Shown: one piece after another, positions 62,196 through 64,000 of the stretch
Layout: every line of letters starts with the position of its first letter
How positions within the stretch are numbered: position 1 is the first letter of the stretch
Assembly: GCA_024224415.1 (NCBI GenBank)
Contig: JAAENK010000324.1
Location: forward strand, 1,564-65,563
Reading direction: 5' to 3'
Length of the DNA stretch: 64,000 nt
Source: Gammaproteobacteria bacterium
Lineage (GTDB): Bacteria; Pseudomonadota; Gammaproteobacteria; GCA-001735895
The notes under the pieces: model-generated
The model's input: the letters and a program-made list of their open reading frames with translations, nothing else
What the model was told of the DNA's origin: nothing
Database searches by the model: none
Program-made: the position numbers and the translations under genes

Positions 62196-63329
62196 TTGGC
62201 AACCTGTCAATTGGTGGCGATTACGATGGCGGACGAAGCGAATTCACCTGAGCCTTATCTCAGGATTGATCGACTTAGTAAACATTTCGGCGATTTTGTC
62301 GCCTTGGATAAAGTTTCACTCGATGTTTTCGAAGGTGAGTTCGTCTGTTTTCTCGGTCCTTCTGGCTGCGGCAAAACCACTTTCCTGCGCGCCATAGCGG
62401 GTCTCGATATCCAAACCAGCGGCACGGTTGTGCAGGCCGGAAAGAATATTTCAGCTCTGCCGCCATCCGAGCGCGACTTTGGTATCGTGTTTCAATCTTA
62501 TGCACTCTTCCCCAACCTGAGTGTCGAGCGGAACATTGCCTTCGGGTTGGAAAATGAAAAAGTCAACAAAGCAGCTATCAATCAACGGGTTGGTGAATTA
62601 CTCGATCTGGTGGGTCTGCCCGATCAGGGCAAGAAATACCCGGCACAACTCTCAGGCGGACAACAACAACGTATCGCATTGGCACGGGCGCTGGCTACAT
62701 CGCCAGGTTTATTGTTGCTCGACGAACCCCTGTCCGCACTCGACGCCAAGGTGCGTACCCACTTACGCCACGAAATGAAGGCCCTGCAACGTCGCCTCGG
62801 CGTGACCACCATCATGGTCACCCACGACCAGGAAGAAGCACTGACCATGGCGGATCGCATCGTGGTAATGAATCATGGTGTGATCGAACAGGTGGGTACG
62901 CCGACGGAGATTTATCGTGAACCGGGTACCTTGTTTGTCGCCGATTTTATTGGTGCGATGAATCAGATAAATGCTGCGGTTATAGGTGAAAGCCAGGTCA
63001 GTATTGGTGATAAACAATTTGCAACGCGTGATCACCAATACGCTTCGGGCCAGTCGGTAACGGTCGCCATTCGACCGGAAGACATTGTACCAACTGCCGG
63101 AGATGGCCAGGTGACAACAGACAATAGCTTTGTCGCCGAAGTTGAAGAAATGGAGTTTTTGGGTTCCTTCTGGCGAGTTTCGTTAAGCAATAAGCAACTG
63201 GGTGATGTAAACCTGTCGGCAGACCTGTCGATCAATGCAATCCGCAGGCTCAACGTCGAGCCTGGCAAGCAAATCAACGTCGAGCTGCCGGCAAACAGCC
63301 TCTGGGTTTTCCCCGACTCGGCTGGATAA
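62196..63329 (+). CDS. ABC transporter ATP-binding protein with C-terminal TOBE domain (PhnT/FbpC/PotA-like)
   Basis: Walker A GPSGCGKTT, LSGGQQQRIALARAL, LLLDEPLSALD; 377 aa. Confidence 0.85.
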   Translation: MATCQLVAITMADEANSPEPYLRIDRLSKHFGDFVALDKVSLDVFEGEFVCFLGPSGCGKTTFLRAIAGLDIQTSGTVVQAGKNISALPPSERDFGIVFQSYALFPNLSVERNIAFGLENEKVNKAAINQRVGELLDLVGLPDQGKKYPAQLSGGQQQRIALARALATSPGLLLLDEPLSALDAKVRTHLRHEMKALQRRLGVTTIMVTHDQEEALTMADRIVVMNHGVIEQVGTPTEIYREPGTLFVADFIGAMNQINAAVIGESQVSIGDKQFATRDHQYASGQSVTVAIRPEDIVPTAGDGQVTTDNSFVAEVEEMEFLGSFWRVSLSNKQLGDVNLSADLSINAIRRLNVEPGKQINVELPANSLWVFPDSAG

Positions 63330-63333
63330 TGTG

Positions 63334-64000
63334 ATGACCAGCCACAGTGCAACGCTGGAAAGTAACACGGCGCCATTGATCAAACCTAAAACCAGCAGGG
63401 ATGATCGCATCATGACTGCGTTCATGTTGGTGATTGGTTTGTACTTAATCGTAACCCTGGCTTTTCCGTTGTACGCCATGCTGTCGAAATCATTTTCGAC
63501 TTTCACTTTTAATCTGAATAATTTTGAATTCCAGATTAACAAGGGTGATGGTTGGAGCGGGCCGGTTAGCGCCAAAGCACTCAATGATGAGTTGCAGGTA
63601 TTCAAGCCCGAAGAGCTGGCGACCAGTTCTGATGGGCGTCTGTCGGTAACAGGATTATTCCCCGATTTCAGTTTTCGTAGTCCAACTAAATACAGGCTAA
63701 GACAGGTAAACCCTGAGAGTTCATTCCTGGTTGGTAGCAATCGTATCGCAGATACCGCGTGGCACGAGTTCGATTCGAATAAATTCAGGCGCGTGGTACT
63801 GCGACCTTCGAGTGCAATCGGGCTGGAGAATTATCGATCCTATTTCAGCACGCCTGCATTATTTCGTTCGATAGGCAACTCGCTCACCATTGCGATCATC
63901 AGTACGATCATTACCGTGTCACTGGCATTTGGCTTTGCTTACGCATTGAATCGTAGCACCATGCGTTTCAAGGGTATATTCAGACTGGTGGCGATGATCC
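63334..64000 (+). CDS. ABC transporter permease (PhnU/FbpB-like), 5' partial
   Basis: Unterminated + frame from ATG 63334 (MTSHSATLESN...IMTAFMLVIGLYLIVTLAFPLYAML) with TM helix then large periplasmic-loop-like region; starts 5 bp after ATPase stop. Confidence 0.55.
   Translation, partial: MTSHSATLESNTAPLIKPKTSRDDRIMTAFMLVIGLYLIVTLAFPLYAMLSKSFSTFTFNLNNFEFQINKGDGWSGPVSAKALNDELQVFKPEELATSSDGRLSVTGLFPDFSFRSPTKYRLRQVNPESSFLVGSNRIADTAWHEFDSNKFRRVVLRPSSAIGLENYRSYFSTPALFRSIGNSLTIAIISTIITVSLAFGFAYALNRSTMRFKGIFRLVAMI

Overview
The window is a densely packed, mostly operonic stretch of a proteobacterial chromosome, about 50% GC by eye. I found no rRNA, tRNA, CRISPR array, transposase or integrase. Its main theme is methylated-amine (C1) catabolism together with CO2 fixation.

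Features in order along the window:
- a gmaS-like gene with mgsABC (the N-methylglutamate route of methylamine oxidation), followed by an Amt-family (methyl)ammonium transporter
- folD
- a Liv/Urt-type ABC importer
- a GAF-type histidine kinase with a NarL-type response regulator, plus a PAS/degenerate-GGDEF protein
- a GcvT-family protein and trimethylamine dehydrogenase (tmd), then a fused cytochrome-b/HdrD-like membrane Fe-S oxidoreductase, an LRV-repeat protein and etfBA
- a second glutamine-synthetase-like ligase with a PuuR-like regulator, then fhs
- typA/bipA
- two agmatine-deiminase-family paralogs
- cbbR-cbbLSQO (green-type form IA RuBisCO with CbbQ/CbbO)
- a CcoI-like Cu P1B-ATPase convergent on a divergent heme-copper oxidase (CuA subunit II plus subunit I), which appears co-operonic with gfa
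- tetR, then frmA and frmB (glutathione-dependent formaldehyde oxidation)
- a PhnSTU-like ABC importer truncated at the right edge

The most unusual items are the non-canonical electron route TMADH -> ETF -> membrane Fe-S oxidoreductase, and the atypical heme-copper oxidase genetically linked to gfa. That oxidase shows an H-x3-E motif like nitric-oxide reductase, and the canonical His-x-His heme-ligand pair appears as H-A-M. All family assignments are from reading the translations and recalled family motifs; no database search was run.
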